From contig CAMZLL010000057.1 of the NCBI GenBank assembly GCA_947311505.1, positions 2,026 to 66,025 on the forward strand: 64,000 nt of DNA. Reading direction: 5' to 3'. Under the pieces are notes generated by a model. It was not told the origin of the DNA, ran no database searches, and saw only the letters and a list, made by a program, of their open reading frames with translations. The DNA comes from an uncultured Cryomorphaceae bacterium (GTDB taxonomy: Bacteria; Bacteroidota; Bacteroidia; Flavobacteriales_D; Parvicellaceae). The translations under genes and the position numbers were made by a program. This document shows, piece by piece, positions 9,841 to 19,069 of this stretch (the first letter of the stretch is position 1; each line of letters starts with the position of its first letter).

Positions 9841-10674
9841 TTAATTGTTAAGACTATATGTTGCTTTTTTATATTCACCTAGCAAGCTAAAAGACGAAAC
9901 TTTTTTAATAATTTCATTTAATGCTTTTTCATATTCTTGATTTTCCTTCCATTCTACATCAATATGAAAATGATATTCGTAAGGTGAACCTATTATGGGT
10001 ACAGATTGAATTTTAGTAAGGTTGACGTGATGTGTTTTGAATATGGTGAGAATGGTTGCCAAACTACCCACCTCGTGTCCTAATTGTAAACTCAATGACG
10101 CTTTATTGTTTTCTATATCAGATACACCATCTTTATTTAAAATTAAAAACCTCGTAAAATTGTGTTTATTTGTTTCTATTCCTTTTTCTAATATCTCCAG
10201 ATCGTATAATTCTGCGCACCTTTCAGCCGCTATAATTGCTTTATACGTTTTTTTTGAATCTCTTAGGTTTTTTGCGCTTTCTGCTGTATCATTTGATTCT
10301 TTCATTTTAGCATAAGGAATATTTTCGTACACAAACTCTTTGCATTGCTGAAGTGCAATTGGATGCGACTCTATTACATTCACATCGGTAAGAGTTACAT
10401 TTTTTAACGCCATTAAATTCATTTTTATGTTCAGAAATACTTCCCCGATAATTTTGAATTTATATTCTCTTATCAAAGCATAATTAGGTAGTAGGCTACC
10501 AGCAATGGTGTTTTCAATAGCCATTATAGCAAAATCTACTTTGTCGTGATGCAAGGCTTCGCATAATTCTTTGAAACTTAGGCATTCTGCTACTTGAATA
10601 TCTTTGCCAAAGTATTTTTGAGCTGCCACCTCATGAAAAGACCCCTGTATTCCCTGTATTGCAATTTTTTTCAT
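9841..10674 (-). CDS. pheA: Prephenate dehydratase with ACT domain
   Basis: IAIQG..GSFH, AIENTIAGS, SHPIALQQC, NFTRF, NLTKIQS.P. Confidence 0.93.
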   Translation of the reverse strand: MKKIAIQGIQGSFHEVAAQKYFGKDIQVAECLSFKELCEALHHDKVDFAIMAIENTIAGSLLPNYALIREYKFKIIGEVFLNIKMNLMALKNVTLTDVNVIESHPIALQQCKEFVYENIPYAKMKESNDTAESAKNLRDSKKTYKAIIAAERCAELYDLEILEKGIETNKHNFTRFLILNKDGVSDIENNKASLSLQLGHEVGSLATILTIFKTHHVNLTKIQSVPIIGSPYEYHFHIDVEWKENQEYEKALNEIIKKVSSFSLLGEYKKATYSLNN

Positions 10675-10684
10675 TTTATAGCAT

Positions 10685-10713
10685 AAAAAAAGCCTTTCAA
10701 AATTAGAAAGGCC
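10685..10713 (-). terminator. Attenuator terminator upstream of pheA
   Basis: Minus strand GCCTTTC-TAATTTT-GAAAGGC-TTTTTTT, ending about 10 nt before the pheA ATG. Confidence 0.85.
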
Positions 10714-10737
10714 AATAAATATATTGTTTATATCCGT

Positions 10738-10794
10738 CTAGCCTTTTTTGGTAAAAAAGAAATAGTAAAATGGATATGTAATTGTCGTTTTCAT
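10738..10794 (-). CDS. Phe/Tyr leader peptide MKTTITYPFYYFFFTKKG (18 aa)
   Basis: ATG at 10794 to TAG at 10738; 7 of 8 consecutive codons are Phe or Tyr; lies directly before the terminator and the Phe/Tyr biosynthesis operon. Confidence 0.88.
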   Translation of the reverse strand: MKTTITYPFYYFFFTKKG

Positions 10795-10900
10795 TTATGC
10801 TGTAAAGATTGCAAATATTTTTTAAACTTACCAAATGAAAATCCACCTTTACAAGATAATTCTAACTTGATTTCAATTTTATGAATTTTTATTTTAATTA

Positions 10901-11563
10901 TTAGCTAATACCCCTAGCTATTTTTTGTGTATTGATAAGTTTTTGGATACTATTCTTAAAGCTATCTGCTATATCAGGATGGTTTATAGCTCTTTCTGCT
11001 AGTTCTATGTTGTTTTTTTGATATGAAAACAAACTATGAAGCGCTGCAACGGATAATTTTTCGGTTGATTTATTAATTAGTTGCATTTGATCACCTTTGA
11101 ATACTTCGCCAGCAGATAGTACTCTAAAGTAAACACCCGATCGACTTTGTTCGGCAAATGTTTTTATAGCCATAGGATTGCCTAAGCGTATGCCTAATTT
11201 ATAACAGGGAATACGAGAAGATGTTACTTGTATTGTTGCACCTCCCAATTGGTACATGTCTCCTATGAATATTTTGTGTTCATTGATATTTTCTAATGTG
11301 ATGTTTTCGCCAAAAGCTCCATAGGTGTAGTCGGCAGTTGTGTATCGAGTTTTCCAATAAGCATAATGATTCGCCCCGTACATATAGACAGCTTTGTCTT
11401 TGCCTCCATGATATTTTCTATCCACTACTATGTCGCCAAGCACATCTTCATAATCTAGCGTGATTGATCCTATAATGGGCATTTTAAATATACCCGTTTG
11501 TTCAGACTTACCATTATATGTAATAGTAGTAGCTTTTCCAATATTTATAGATAGTATTTTCAT
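10901..11563 (-). CDS. MOSC domain protein (YiiM-like)
   Basis: TGIFK, HGG.DKAVY.Y, FGENIT, R.PCYKL, SG.YFRVL..G. Confidence 0.9.
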   Translation of the reverse strand: MKILSINIGKATTITYNGKSEQTGIFKMPIIGSITLDYEDVLGDIVVDRKYHGGKDKAVYMYGANHYAYWKTRYTTADYTYGAFGENITLENINEHKIFIGDMYQLGGATIQVTSSRIPCYKLGIRLGNPMAIKTFAEQSRSGVYFRVLSAGEVFKGDQMQLINKSTEKLSVAALHSLFSYQKNNIELAERAINHPDIADSFKNSIQKLINTQKIARGIS

Positions 11564-11757
11564 AGTTTTATATATACAAAAATAACATTGAAATGCGCCT
11601 TGTAAATTGTTTTTTCAGCGTAACTCAAAATTAAATCAGTATTATTTGGTATGCTGATGTTCAAATTAATAGTTGCAAATCCTATCCAAAAATAGATTCT
11701 TTTTTTATATCAATCAGCGTAAAAGACTAACTTTGTACAACGTAAAACAATAAAATT

Positions 11758-12780
11758 ATGAAAGCAGCTGTATTGACCAAACTTGGAGATGCGTCTAAAG
11801 CATTTGAAATAAGAGAAGTGGCAAAGCCTACCATTTCAGGGTTTGATGTGTTGGTAAAAGTGGAGGCATTTGGACTTAACTTTGCAGATGTAATGGCAAG
11901 AAACGGACTTTACAAAGATGCTCCTCCATTACCCAGCATATTGGGTTATGATGTAGTAGGAGAGGTAGTCGAAGTTGCTTCAGATGCTGCCAAACATTTA
12001 TTAGGTAAACGTGTTGTGTCAATGACTAGATTTGGAGGATACGCACAGTATGCAAAGACCGATTATAGAGCATGCGCTATAATATCCGACCAGATAAATG
12101 CTGCCGAAGCTACTGCTTTAGCCACCCAATATTGTACCGCTTATTATGCTGCTTACGAATGTGTAAGCCTGCACGAAGGTGACCAAGTATTAATACATGC
12201 ATGCGCTGGCGGAGTAGGCACTGCTCTTACGCAACTAGCCAAAAATAAAGGCTGTATCGTATATGGGACTTCGGGTTCTGATGAGAAATTTGAATACCTC
12301 AGAAACAATGGCGTAGATTTTCCAATTAACTATAGAAAAGTAAATTACGAAAGTGAATTAATTAAACTTTCTAAAGGAAAAAAACTAGATGTAGCATTCA
12401 ATTCTGTTGGTGGAAAATCGTTCAAAAAAGATTTAAGCCTTCTTGACCGAGGAGGAAAATCAGTAATCTATGGAGCTGCTGAAAGAGCGGGTAAAAAAGG
12501 GGGGAAACTAGCTACACTTGGTCTAGTTTGGAATTTTGGTATTCTCACTCCTATTCAATTGCTGATGAACTCTCAAGGCGTAATAGGTGTAAATATGCTC
12601 AGAATAGCAGACTACAAACCGCTAGTACTACAAAGATGCCTAGAAGCTGTTGTGAGTATGACAGAAGAAGGTGCGTTAAAACCTACCACAGGAGGTATTT
12701 ACAACATTGATCAAATAGGAGAAGCTCATGCTTTTCTGGAAAGTAGAAAATCTACCGGTAAGATTGCTGTTACTTGGTAA
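11758..12780 (+). CDS. Medium-chain dehydrogenase / quinone oxidoreductase (VAT-1-like)
   Basis: GLNFAD..AR.GLY, GGYAQY, LIHA.AGGVG, STGKI; TAACTTTG -7 box at 11728-11735. Confidence 0.88.
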   Translation: MKAAVLTKLGDASKAFEIREVAKPTISGFDVLVKVEAFGLNFADVMARNGLYKDAPPLPSILGYDVVGEVVEVASDAAKHLLGKRVVSMTRFGGYAQYAKTDYRACAIISDQINAAEATALATQYCTAYYAAYECVSLHEGDQVLIHACAGGVGTALTQLAKNKGCIVYGTSGSDEKFEYLRNNGVDFPINYRKVNYESELIKLSKGKKLDVAFNSVGGKSFKKDLSLLDRGGKSVIYGAAERAGKKGGKLATLGLVWNFGILTPIQLLMNSQGVIGVNMLRIADYKPLVLQRCLEAVVSMTEEGALKPTTGGIYNIDQIGEAHAFLESRKSTGKIAVTW

Positions 12781-12789
12781 ACTTCTATT

Positions 12790-14187
12790 TTAATCAGCTA
12801 CATTATATTCTTCTTCTCCTTTTTTAGCTTTATCGTAATCTGGAGGTAAGTAGGTGTCCCAAATACCACCAACATCTTCTATTTGCATAAAGTTTTTCCA
12901 GTAAGCTTCTTTAGTCATTCCATCCCAATGAATGGTTCCTACTCTTTTCTGAGCAGTTTGCACCAAGTTAAGGGTAATGAAAAACATTGAAATAATTAGT
13001 ATAGGCACTTTAATAAATAAGCTACGTTGAGAAACATAGGTCAAAAAGCTCCCCAATGGTAAAGCTAACAAAGCATATGTCTCAATCATGGGTCTAGATC
13101 CAAAACTACCACCGTACCACCAACACCACCAACTATAAGTAACATAGATATGAATGGGTAAATAAACGGCAACGCTCCATAAGAACTCTTTATTATGTTT
13201 AAAAGATGTTATTATTCCAAAAATGGAGAAAAACATAATAGGCGTGTATAACAACCAGCCCTTTCGATAGCTAAACAATCCATAATAAATATGCGGATTG
13301 GTAAAGAAAAAGTGTTCATCTGTATAGGAGTAATACACCCAACTGCCAGTGTTTAACTTCCAAAATAGAAGCTGCGGAAATAAAACGACAAACGCAGAGA
13401 CAATGAGTATTAGAATGTGTGTTTTTTGTTCCCAAATTAGATAAAATCGAGCCTTAAGGGTTTCTAAACTTGTAATTTTATATAACAAAGGAAATATAAA
13501 TATGAGAATATCCACAGGTCGAATTAGTGTGATTAACCCACCTGCCAAACCGATAAAAATTATGTTTTTAATCTTGTTATGCTCCAACCACTTTATGGAA
13601 TTAAATATAAAGATAGTAAACAAACAAAACAAATAAGCATGAGACATTGCAGGTTCTGTTGTACTATAATAATAGAGATTAGTAGCAACCAAAGTAAGCA
13701 ACATAACTATCGCTGCAATAACTTCAGAAAAATGCTTGAGCAAAATCAATCGTAAAAAGAAAAAACCTAAAATGACATAAAAAACACTAGACAGTGTTAG
13801 AAAAAACTCATAAGGCATAGAAAAACCATTGGCTTCATACTTGGAACTCACTGAAGCTGATATATGTGCCATTCCAAAAAATGGTGCGTACATATAGGAC
13901 AATCCCATTGTCATTTTAATTACGTAAGCATCACTACCCTGAACGGCAACTGGCCAAAACTGAGAATCTCCAATATAATTTAAAGAATCATTGAAAACAA
14001 ACTTAAAAGTAAGATCATGATGAATAAACGCTGCGGGCAAATAACAATAATAATTGGTCACATCTTGTTCGATAAGCTTGTGTGCCTGTTCGGCATTTCG
14101 CCAAGGTTTGATATTGAAAACGGACCAAATAAGAATTATACTAATTATAAGTAAACTTCCTTTTGAATATGTAATTTTATTTTTCAT
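12790..14187 (-). CDS. Polytopic membrane protein, GT-C (PMT/ArnT-like) glycosyltransferase
   Basis: D...YY.YLP, LYYY....P.MSHAY, LIRP, SY.KGW..YTP, WWCWWYGGSFGSR; many TM segments; downstream of a DPM-like GT2. Confidence 0.7.
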   Translation of the reverse strand: MKNKITYSKGSLLIISIILIWSVFNIKPWRNAEQAHKLIEQDVTNYYCYLPAAFIHHDLTFKFVFNDSLNYIGDSQFWPVAVQGSDAYVIKMTMGLSYMYAPFFGMAHISASVSSKYEANGFSMPYEFFLTLSSVFYVILGFFFLRLILLKHFSEVIAAIVMLLTLVATNLYYYSTTEPAMSHAYLFCLFTIFIFNSIKWLEHNKIKNIIFIGLAGGLITLIRPVDILIFIFPLLYKITSLETLKARFYLIWEQKTHILILIVSAFVVLFPQLLFWKLNTGSWVYYSYTDEHFFFTNPHIYYGLFSYRKGWLLYTPIMFFSIFGIITSFKHNKEFLWSVAVYLPIHIYVTYSWWCWWYGGSFGSRPMIETYALLALPLGSFLTYVSQRSLFIKVPILIISMFFITLNLVQTAQKRVGTIHWDGMTKEAYWKNFMQIEDVGGIWDTYLPPDYDKAKKGEEEYNVAD

Positions 14188-14677
14188 TATAAACGATTAC
14201 AGTTAAATCATCAATGATAAAAGATCCAGTTCCCATTAGCCACCCGAAAACCTGCAAGTCATCAGTAGAATGACGAATGTTTGGTGTCAAAAATGAGTAT
14301 TCAACTTCGGTCCATTCTCTCAGCTTTATAGTTGGATATTCTTTAGCAATATCTAAATAGCTAGCAAAGTAGTCTTTTTTATGGTGTCTAAATTTACCAA
14401 CAATTAATGGTTTTACGACATTTACAGAATCTTCTAAATAAATCATTGCTTTAACTTTTATAATGGCATAATTGATTAGTTTCACTACGTTATTCCCTTT
14501 TCCTTTCTTACGAAATGAAGTAAGAAAAGAGAAAGGAATGATAATTTGCTTCAAATTTGTTAAACCAAATTAATAACAAAAAGATGAAGCAAAGTTACCA
14601 TTCCAACTTACAAAAAAAGATAAGAACAGAATGGTAAGCAAAGAATATTTAGACGATTTACTTTTTACTAAAGACAT
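14177..14677 (-). pseudogene. Internally deleted remnant of a GT-C paralog
   Basis: A 35-aa ORF (14570-14677, MSLVKSKSSKYSLLTILFLSFFVSWN...) resembles the N-terminus of the next gene (SKGSLLIISIILIWSVFN). A separate frame carries a soluble C-terminal domain (W.EVEY.FLTP.IR...D.LQVFGW..G.....IDD). Confidence 0.55.
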
Positions 14678-15386
14678 TATACTTTACGATACAATAAATA
14701 GCTCTAAATCCATCTTTCCATCCTATTTTCTTGCCTTCTTCATACGTCCTCCCATAGTATGAAATACCTACTTCGTAGATTCTCACATCTTTTGTTCGTG
14801 ATAGTTTTGCTGTAAGTTCTGGTTCGAACCCAAATCTATTCTCTACAAGATGGAGACCTTGTGCTATATCTGTACGAATCAATTTATAACATGTCTCCAT
14901 GTCTGTAAGATTAAGATTGGTAAACATATTTGATAATTTGGTCAAAAACTTATTACCTATTGAATGCCAAAAGAATAAAATTCTATGCGGGCTTCCCCCT
15001 ATGAATCGAGATCCGTAAACGACATCTGCAAAACCATTAATTACGGGCTTCAATAAGTCGTTATACTCTTCAGGGTCGTATTCTAAATCTGCATCTTGAA
15101 TAATCAGATACTCTCCTTTTGCAAGTTCCATAGCCTTGTGAATGGCAGCTCCTTTACCTTGATTTATTTCTTGGTTGAATAGTTGTATTTTAAGTTCTGG
15201 GTTTTGTTTTTTGTATGTTTCAATAGCTTCTACGGTATTGTCAGAGGAACAATCATTGACAATAATGATTTCTTTAGCAATATCATTCACTAATTTTACC
15301 GCTTTTACTTTATCAAGTATCAAGTGTATCGTTTTCCCTTCATTATATGCTGGGATAAGTATTGAAAGTGTTTTAAAAGTCGTCAT
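14658..15386 (-). CDS. GT2 glycosyltransferase (polyprenol-phosphate glycosyltransferase, DPM1-like)
   Basis: LSILIPAYNE, VNDCSSD, NQGKGAA, QDADLEYDP, TDMETCYK, RFGFEPE; ATG 15386 preferred as start. Confidence 0.92.
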   Translation of the reverse strand: MTTFKTLSILIPAYNEGKTIHLILDKVKAVKLVNDIAKEIIIVNDCSSDNTVEAIETYKKQNPELKIQLFNQEINQGKGAAIHKAMELAKGEYLIIQDADLEYDPEEYNDLLKPVINGFADVVYGSRFIGGSPHRILFFWHSIGNKFLTKLSNMFTNLNLTDMETCYKLIRTDIAQGLHLVENRFGFEPELTAKLSRTKDVRIYEVGISYYGRTYEEGKKIGWKDGFRAIYCIVKYNVFSKK

Positions 15387-15454
15387 ATTACAAACTATTG
15401 AACGCAAAAATAATCATATCATTGTATTAACAAGTGTTTAAGGCTAATTAATAT

Positions 15455-15487
15455 AAAAAAAGGCATCCATAATTTTATGAATGCCTT
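15455..15487 (-). terminator. Intrinsic terminator after dodecin
   Basis: Minus strand AAGGCATTCAT-AAAATT-ATGGATGCCTT followed by a T-run. Confidence 0.85.
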
Positions 15488-15516
15488 ATAAATACGAAGA
15501 ATAAAATTATTCTAAA

Positions 15517-15723
15517 TTATTTTTTTCTAATTGCAAAAGTAATTTTTACATTTACTCTGTATTCAGTGATTTTTCCATTTTTCACTACTGCACTTTGATC
15601 TTGTACATATACTGATGTAATTCCTTTTACAGATTTAGATGCTTCTTTTACTGCTTGTGCTGTTGCATCTTCCCAACTTTTCTTTGAACTTGAAAGGATT
15701 TCTAATACTTTTAAAATTGCCAT
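15517..15723 (-). CDS. Dodecin family protein
   Basis: KVLEIL.SS.KSWEDA..AV..ASKSV.GI...V........I.EYRVNVKITF; TAACTTTG box at 15750-15757. Confidence 0.9.
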   Translation of the reverse strand: MAILKVLEILSSSKKSWEDATAQAVKEASKSVKGITSVYVQDQSAVVKNGKITEYRVNVKITFAIRKK

Positions 15724-15908
15724 AATATTTTGTTTTTATTTATTCGTTTCAAAGTTAGTAATTCGAAGCGAATAACGCACTAAAATAATTGATAAATTAC
15801 AAAACAAATCACTTCTCCTCGTTTTTTCAATTAACACTAATAACATTCTTATTAACAACCAAATTAAAAAAGAAAGTCTTAAAAAACGAAGAAAAGGACT
15901 TGTGGTTA

Positions 15909-16412
15909 TTACTTCTTGAACCCTTTAAATTTAGAAAAATCCATAGTCATCAATTCCTTTGTCACCTCATCATCTTGCATCAGAGCAATTGTTTTGTCAA
16001 CTTGAGTACTTTGTACAAATTCCTCAATAGAAATAGCTCTATTCTCGTTTTTAAATTTCTTTACCGTTTCTTTCTGATGAATAGTTGAATCGTTACTTTT
16101 ATAAACAGTAAATATCAACAACAAACTTGCAGCTAAAGTTACGACCAAAGACAGTGTTCCTATTTTTGACCGATTTTTTTGATGCTTTTTTCTAAACGCT
16201 TTACTAAGATTCTTTTTTAAATCTGCTCTTACTTCTGTATTTTTAATTTTTTGTTGAGATGCATCTACTACGTCATTCAAAAAATCAGAAAACAAAGTAT
16301 AATCATCTTCGGAAGTCAAGCTTAAAACATAAGCTCTTTCTTCATTTGTCAATTCCTCAAATGATTTTGAAAGACAAAGCTGTTCTAATTTTTCATCTAA
16401 TTCTTCTTTCAT
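15909..16412 (-). CDS. Putative single-pass anti-sigma factor
   Basis: Overlaps the ECF sigma stop (ATGA); N-terminal K.FEELT.EE...V motif; one TM ending AASLLLI. Confidence 0.6.
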   Translation of the reverse strand: MKEELDEKLEQLCLSKSFEELTNEERAYVLSLTSEDDYTLFSDFLNDVVDASQQKIKNTEVRADLKKNLSKAFRKKHQKNRSKIGTLSLVVTLAASLLLIFTVYKSNDSTIHQKETVKKFKNENRAISIEEFVQSTQVDKTIALMQDDEVTKELMTMDFSKFKGFKK

Positions 16413-17014
16413 TTTTTTATTGGCTTTCTATTAAAATCTTGTAGAAGTGTCGCTAACTTCTTAGTTGCATTATACAATCTGGATTTCACAGTTCCCTTGC
16501 TACATTCCATAACTTCACTAATCTCATTTATAGACATATTCTGCGTGTATCGCAACTCAAATACGGTACTATGTTTTGGATTCAATTTATTTAATTCTTG
16601 CGTTAATTTATTCATAAACGGAGTAAACCTGTTCTCTTCTTTCATAGTGCTTGAGTCTGGGTCAATTACTGTATTCATTTCAAAGTCATTCACTTTTAAA
16701 CCTCTTACCTTGTTTCGTCTATGTTCATTAATACACTGGTTGTATGCAACTGTAAATATCCATGATGAAAATTTCTTTTTAGTATCGAATGATTTGGGCT
16801 GTTCTATTATTTTCAAGAATAAATCTTGTAAGAGATCATTGGCTTTTTCGGAGTCATTATTTAGTTTAGAGCACAAAAAATGAAATATTTTCTTAGCATA
16901 TCGATTGTAGATTTCATCAAAAGCACCTTCTTTTCCATTGGCAATGAACTGCATTAATTCTTCATCGGAGTAGGATAAGTATTTTATATTTTTCAAAAGG
17001 TTTTTAGTCTTCAA
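16409..17014 (-). CDS. ECF RNA polymerase sigma factor
   Basis: SDEELM, AFDEIY.RY, DLLQD.F.K, FSSWIF.VA.N, EISE.M..S.GTVKSRL. Confidence 0.93.
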   Translation of the reverse strand: MKTKNLLKNIKYLSYSDEELMQFIANGKEGAFDEIYNRYAKKIFHFLCSKLNNDSEKANDLLQDLFLKIIEQPKSFDTKKKFSSWIFTVAYNQCINEHRRNKVRGLKVNDFEMNTVIDPDSSTMKEENRFTPFMNKLTQELNKLNPKHSTVFELRYTQNMSINEISEVMECSKGTVKSRLYNATKKLATLLQDFNRKPIKK

Positions 17015-17591
17015 AAGATGAATTTTTCGGAGCTTTCAACAAGTCTTTACCTGTAGTCTCTTCGGCTATTCCAACTACTTCAAAACTTAAATCATCTATC
17101 CAAATAATACCGGTCTCACTCAAAAGCACTCCATAATTAATGGTAAGACTGCTTTTAGGTACGTTCAATATTATTGCATATTTTGTCCAAGGTGTTTCTC
17201 CTTCGATCTTTCGGTCACCCATATTATCAAAGCTCAACAGCTTTCCATTCTCTCCATCGACACGCATCCACATTCCCGCCCAACTTTTCAATTCTTTTGT
17301 TTTTATAAATCCCGTGAGCTTAACTTTTTTTCCCAAATAATCTTTAGCATCAAAAGATTGCATGATAGTTCCAAATTTATTTTTCTTTACGTTTTTTATT
17401 GATTTTAGATAAGCCACTTTCCCTTCTCGATCTGGATCGTGTACAGTTCCTATTTCATAAGCGTCTCGTTGAGAACCCGCAATAAACCAACCTTTTATCC
17501 CTCCATTTTCAATTACTTTGAATGAAAATAAAGAGAATACTACAAAAGAAAGTATAAATAATGCGATGTGTTGTTGGATTGTTTTTTTCAT
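17004..17591 (-). CDS. Exported galactose-binding/CBM-like domain protein
   Basis: N-terminal hydrophobic segment; GW..AGS, FGT.MQ.F.A..Y.GK...L.G, AGMWMRVD, FDNM..R.I.G...W..Y.I.L.VP, G..W.DD. Confidence 0.65.
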   Translation of the reverse strand: MKKTIQQHIALFILSFVVFSLFSFKVIENGGIKGWFIAGSQRDAYEIGTVHDPDREGKVAYLKSIKNVKKNKFGTIMQSFDAKDYLGKKVKLTGFIKTKELKSWAGMWMRVDGENGKLLSFDNMGDRKIEGETPWTKYAIILNVPKSSLTINYGVLLSETGIIWIDDLSFEVVGIAEETTGKDLLKAPKNSSFED

Positions 17592-17611
17592 TTTAACTTG
17601 TTTTATACCTC

Positions 17612-17640
17612 CTGTACATTTGAAAAAATAAAAAGGTTCA
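17612..17640 (-). promoter_or_regulatory. Candidate ECF-type promoter (autoregulation)
   Basis: Minus strand TGAACC-TTTTTATTTTTTCAAAT-GTACA (-35 GAACC, 17-nt spacer) just upstream of the 3-gene ECF operon. Confidence 0.55.
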
Positions 17641-17665
17641 GTTTAAGATAAAAAATAGCTAAAAA

Positions 17666-18508
17666 TCATTTTACAACAGCATCCAAACTGTATTTTAAAT
17701 TTTTATATGTGGTTAAGAATGCTCGGATAGATCCTACGGCAATATTTGCTTCTACGTATATGGGAATTCTATTCTTATCATCAGTAACATATACGGTCAT
17801 GTCTTCGCCATCGTTAAAAATAGTTCCTTCAACGAGTAAGGGACTAAATTTTATACATTTATACTTTTTCCCATTAGGACCTTTAATGGTTTCTTTACCT
17901 TTATATCTTATGTAAACATCGTCAAAAATTTCTTTATCGATCATCATGGTTAACGGAATGGTATCGTTAATGGCTAATTTTGAAAAATCTAAACATCTCG
18001 CATAATATACTGTAGTCATAACATCAAACGAACACGTTGGAAAATCTATTTCTTGCCCCTGGGTAGTATCGCCCTTTTTACTAAAAACTATTGCTTTTTG
18101 ATTATCATTATCAAAACGATAATCATAATATAGTCTAAAACCTCCTTCCATAACGCTTCGCTCAAACTTATAAGGTTCTAATGTCTTTTTATTAACTACA
18201 CTGACATAATGATCTCTAACTTTAAAGAAATAATCATAGCTTTTTAATGATTTACCTTTACCGTCTAATAAGAAACAAGGTTGTCCGTTTAGTGTAGAGT
18301 CATAGACTTGAAACCGTACTTTGCCAGCAGGAACCCAAAGTTTTTTTAAATTATAATAAACATCGTAGTTAAGTTGCTCTCCTGTTTTGAAGGCAATGTT
18401 TTTGGGGGTACAGTCCTGAGCTTTAGAAAAGGTAGAAAGCATAAAAAATGCCAAAACAAGTGCTATTTTGGCATTAATAATAGTATAATATGTAATTCTA
18501 TTTTTCAG
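17666..18508 (-). CDS. DUF3108 family exported protein (start probably CTG 18508; track uses TTG 18454)
   Basis: F..GE.L.Y.V.Y, FFKVRD.Y.S, D....YY.R, VTDD.N.IP......VGS. Confidence 0.8.
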   Translation of the reverse strand: MKNRITYYTIINAKIALVLAFFMLSTFSKAQDCTPKNIAFKTGEQLNYDVYYNLKKLWVPAGKVRFQVYDSTLNGQPCFLLDGKGKSLKSYDYFFKVRDHYVSVVNKKTLEPYKFERSVMEGGFRLYYDYRFDNDNQKAIVFSKKGDTTQGQEIDFPTCSFDVMTTVYYARCLDFSKLAINDTIPLTMMIDKEIFDDVYIRYKGKETIKGPNGKKYKCIKFSPLLVEGTIFNDGEDMTVYVTDDKNRIPIYVEANIAVGSIRAFLTTYKNLKYSLDAVVK

Positions 18509-19058
18509 TTACTTCCGCTTTTATTCTTACCATTGTATTAGCTGGTAGAGTGTTGGCTGTAATGGTTACTACTTTCTCTATTTTTTGACCAGCTTGTCCT
18601 TTGTTTGGTGTGTACTTAACATCAATTGTACCAGATTCGCCTGGTTGAATAGCTTCTTTTGGCCATTTTGGAACGGTACATCCACAAGAGCCTTTTGCAT
18701 TAGATATTAATAAAGGTTCGCTACCGGTGTTTTTAAATGTAAATGCATAATAATTTTCACTATCAACACTTACTGCTCCAAAATCATGAAGATCCTCGTC
18801 AAATTTGACATTGGTAGTTGGACCCACGGGTTTTGTTTGTGTGGTAGGCATTACAGGTGGTGGAGTTGCGGGGTTTGCAATGGAAGTCGGTGCTACTACA
18901 GCTGGAGTTTGGGTGGCTGCTTTTACATTTTCTAATTTTGTCATCACATTGGTTTCTAACGCATCCATGTTCTTATTCACTCCCGATAAGCTAACGGTGT
19001 TGTAAGCTACTAATACTAGGATTACGCCTAAAAGTCCTATTTTTATTTTGTCCATCAT
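18498..19058 (-). CDS. DUF1573 (Ig-like) domain protein
   Basis: HDFG.V, F.FKNTG..PL.I.NAKGSCGCTVP.WP...I.PG. Confidence 0.9.
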   Translation of the reverse strand: MMDKIKIGLLGVILVLVAYNTVSLSGVNKNMDALETNVMTKLENVKAATQTPAVVAPTSIANPATPPPVMPTTQTKPVGPTTNVKFDEDLHDFGAVSVDSENYYAFTFKNTGSEPLLISNAKGSCGCTVPKWPKEAIQPGESGTIDVKYTPNKGQAGQKIEKVVTITANTLPANTMVRIKAEVTEK

Positions 19059-19069
19059 TGTGTTATTTA

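Noticed and set aside
17608-17613. AGGAGG Shine-Dalgarno-like sequence on the minus strand
   Set aside because: It is 16 nt from the ATG and overlaps the presumed ECF -10/TSS region; this lineage rarely uses SD pairing
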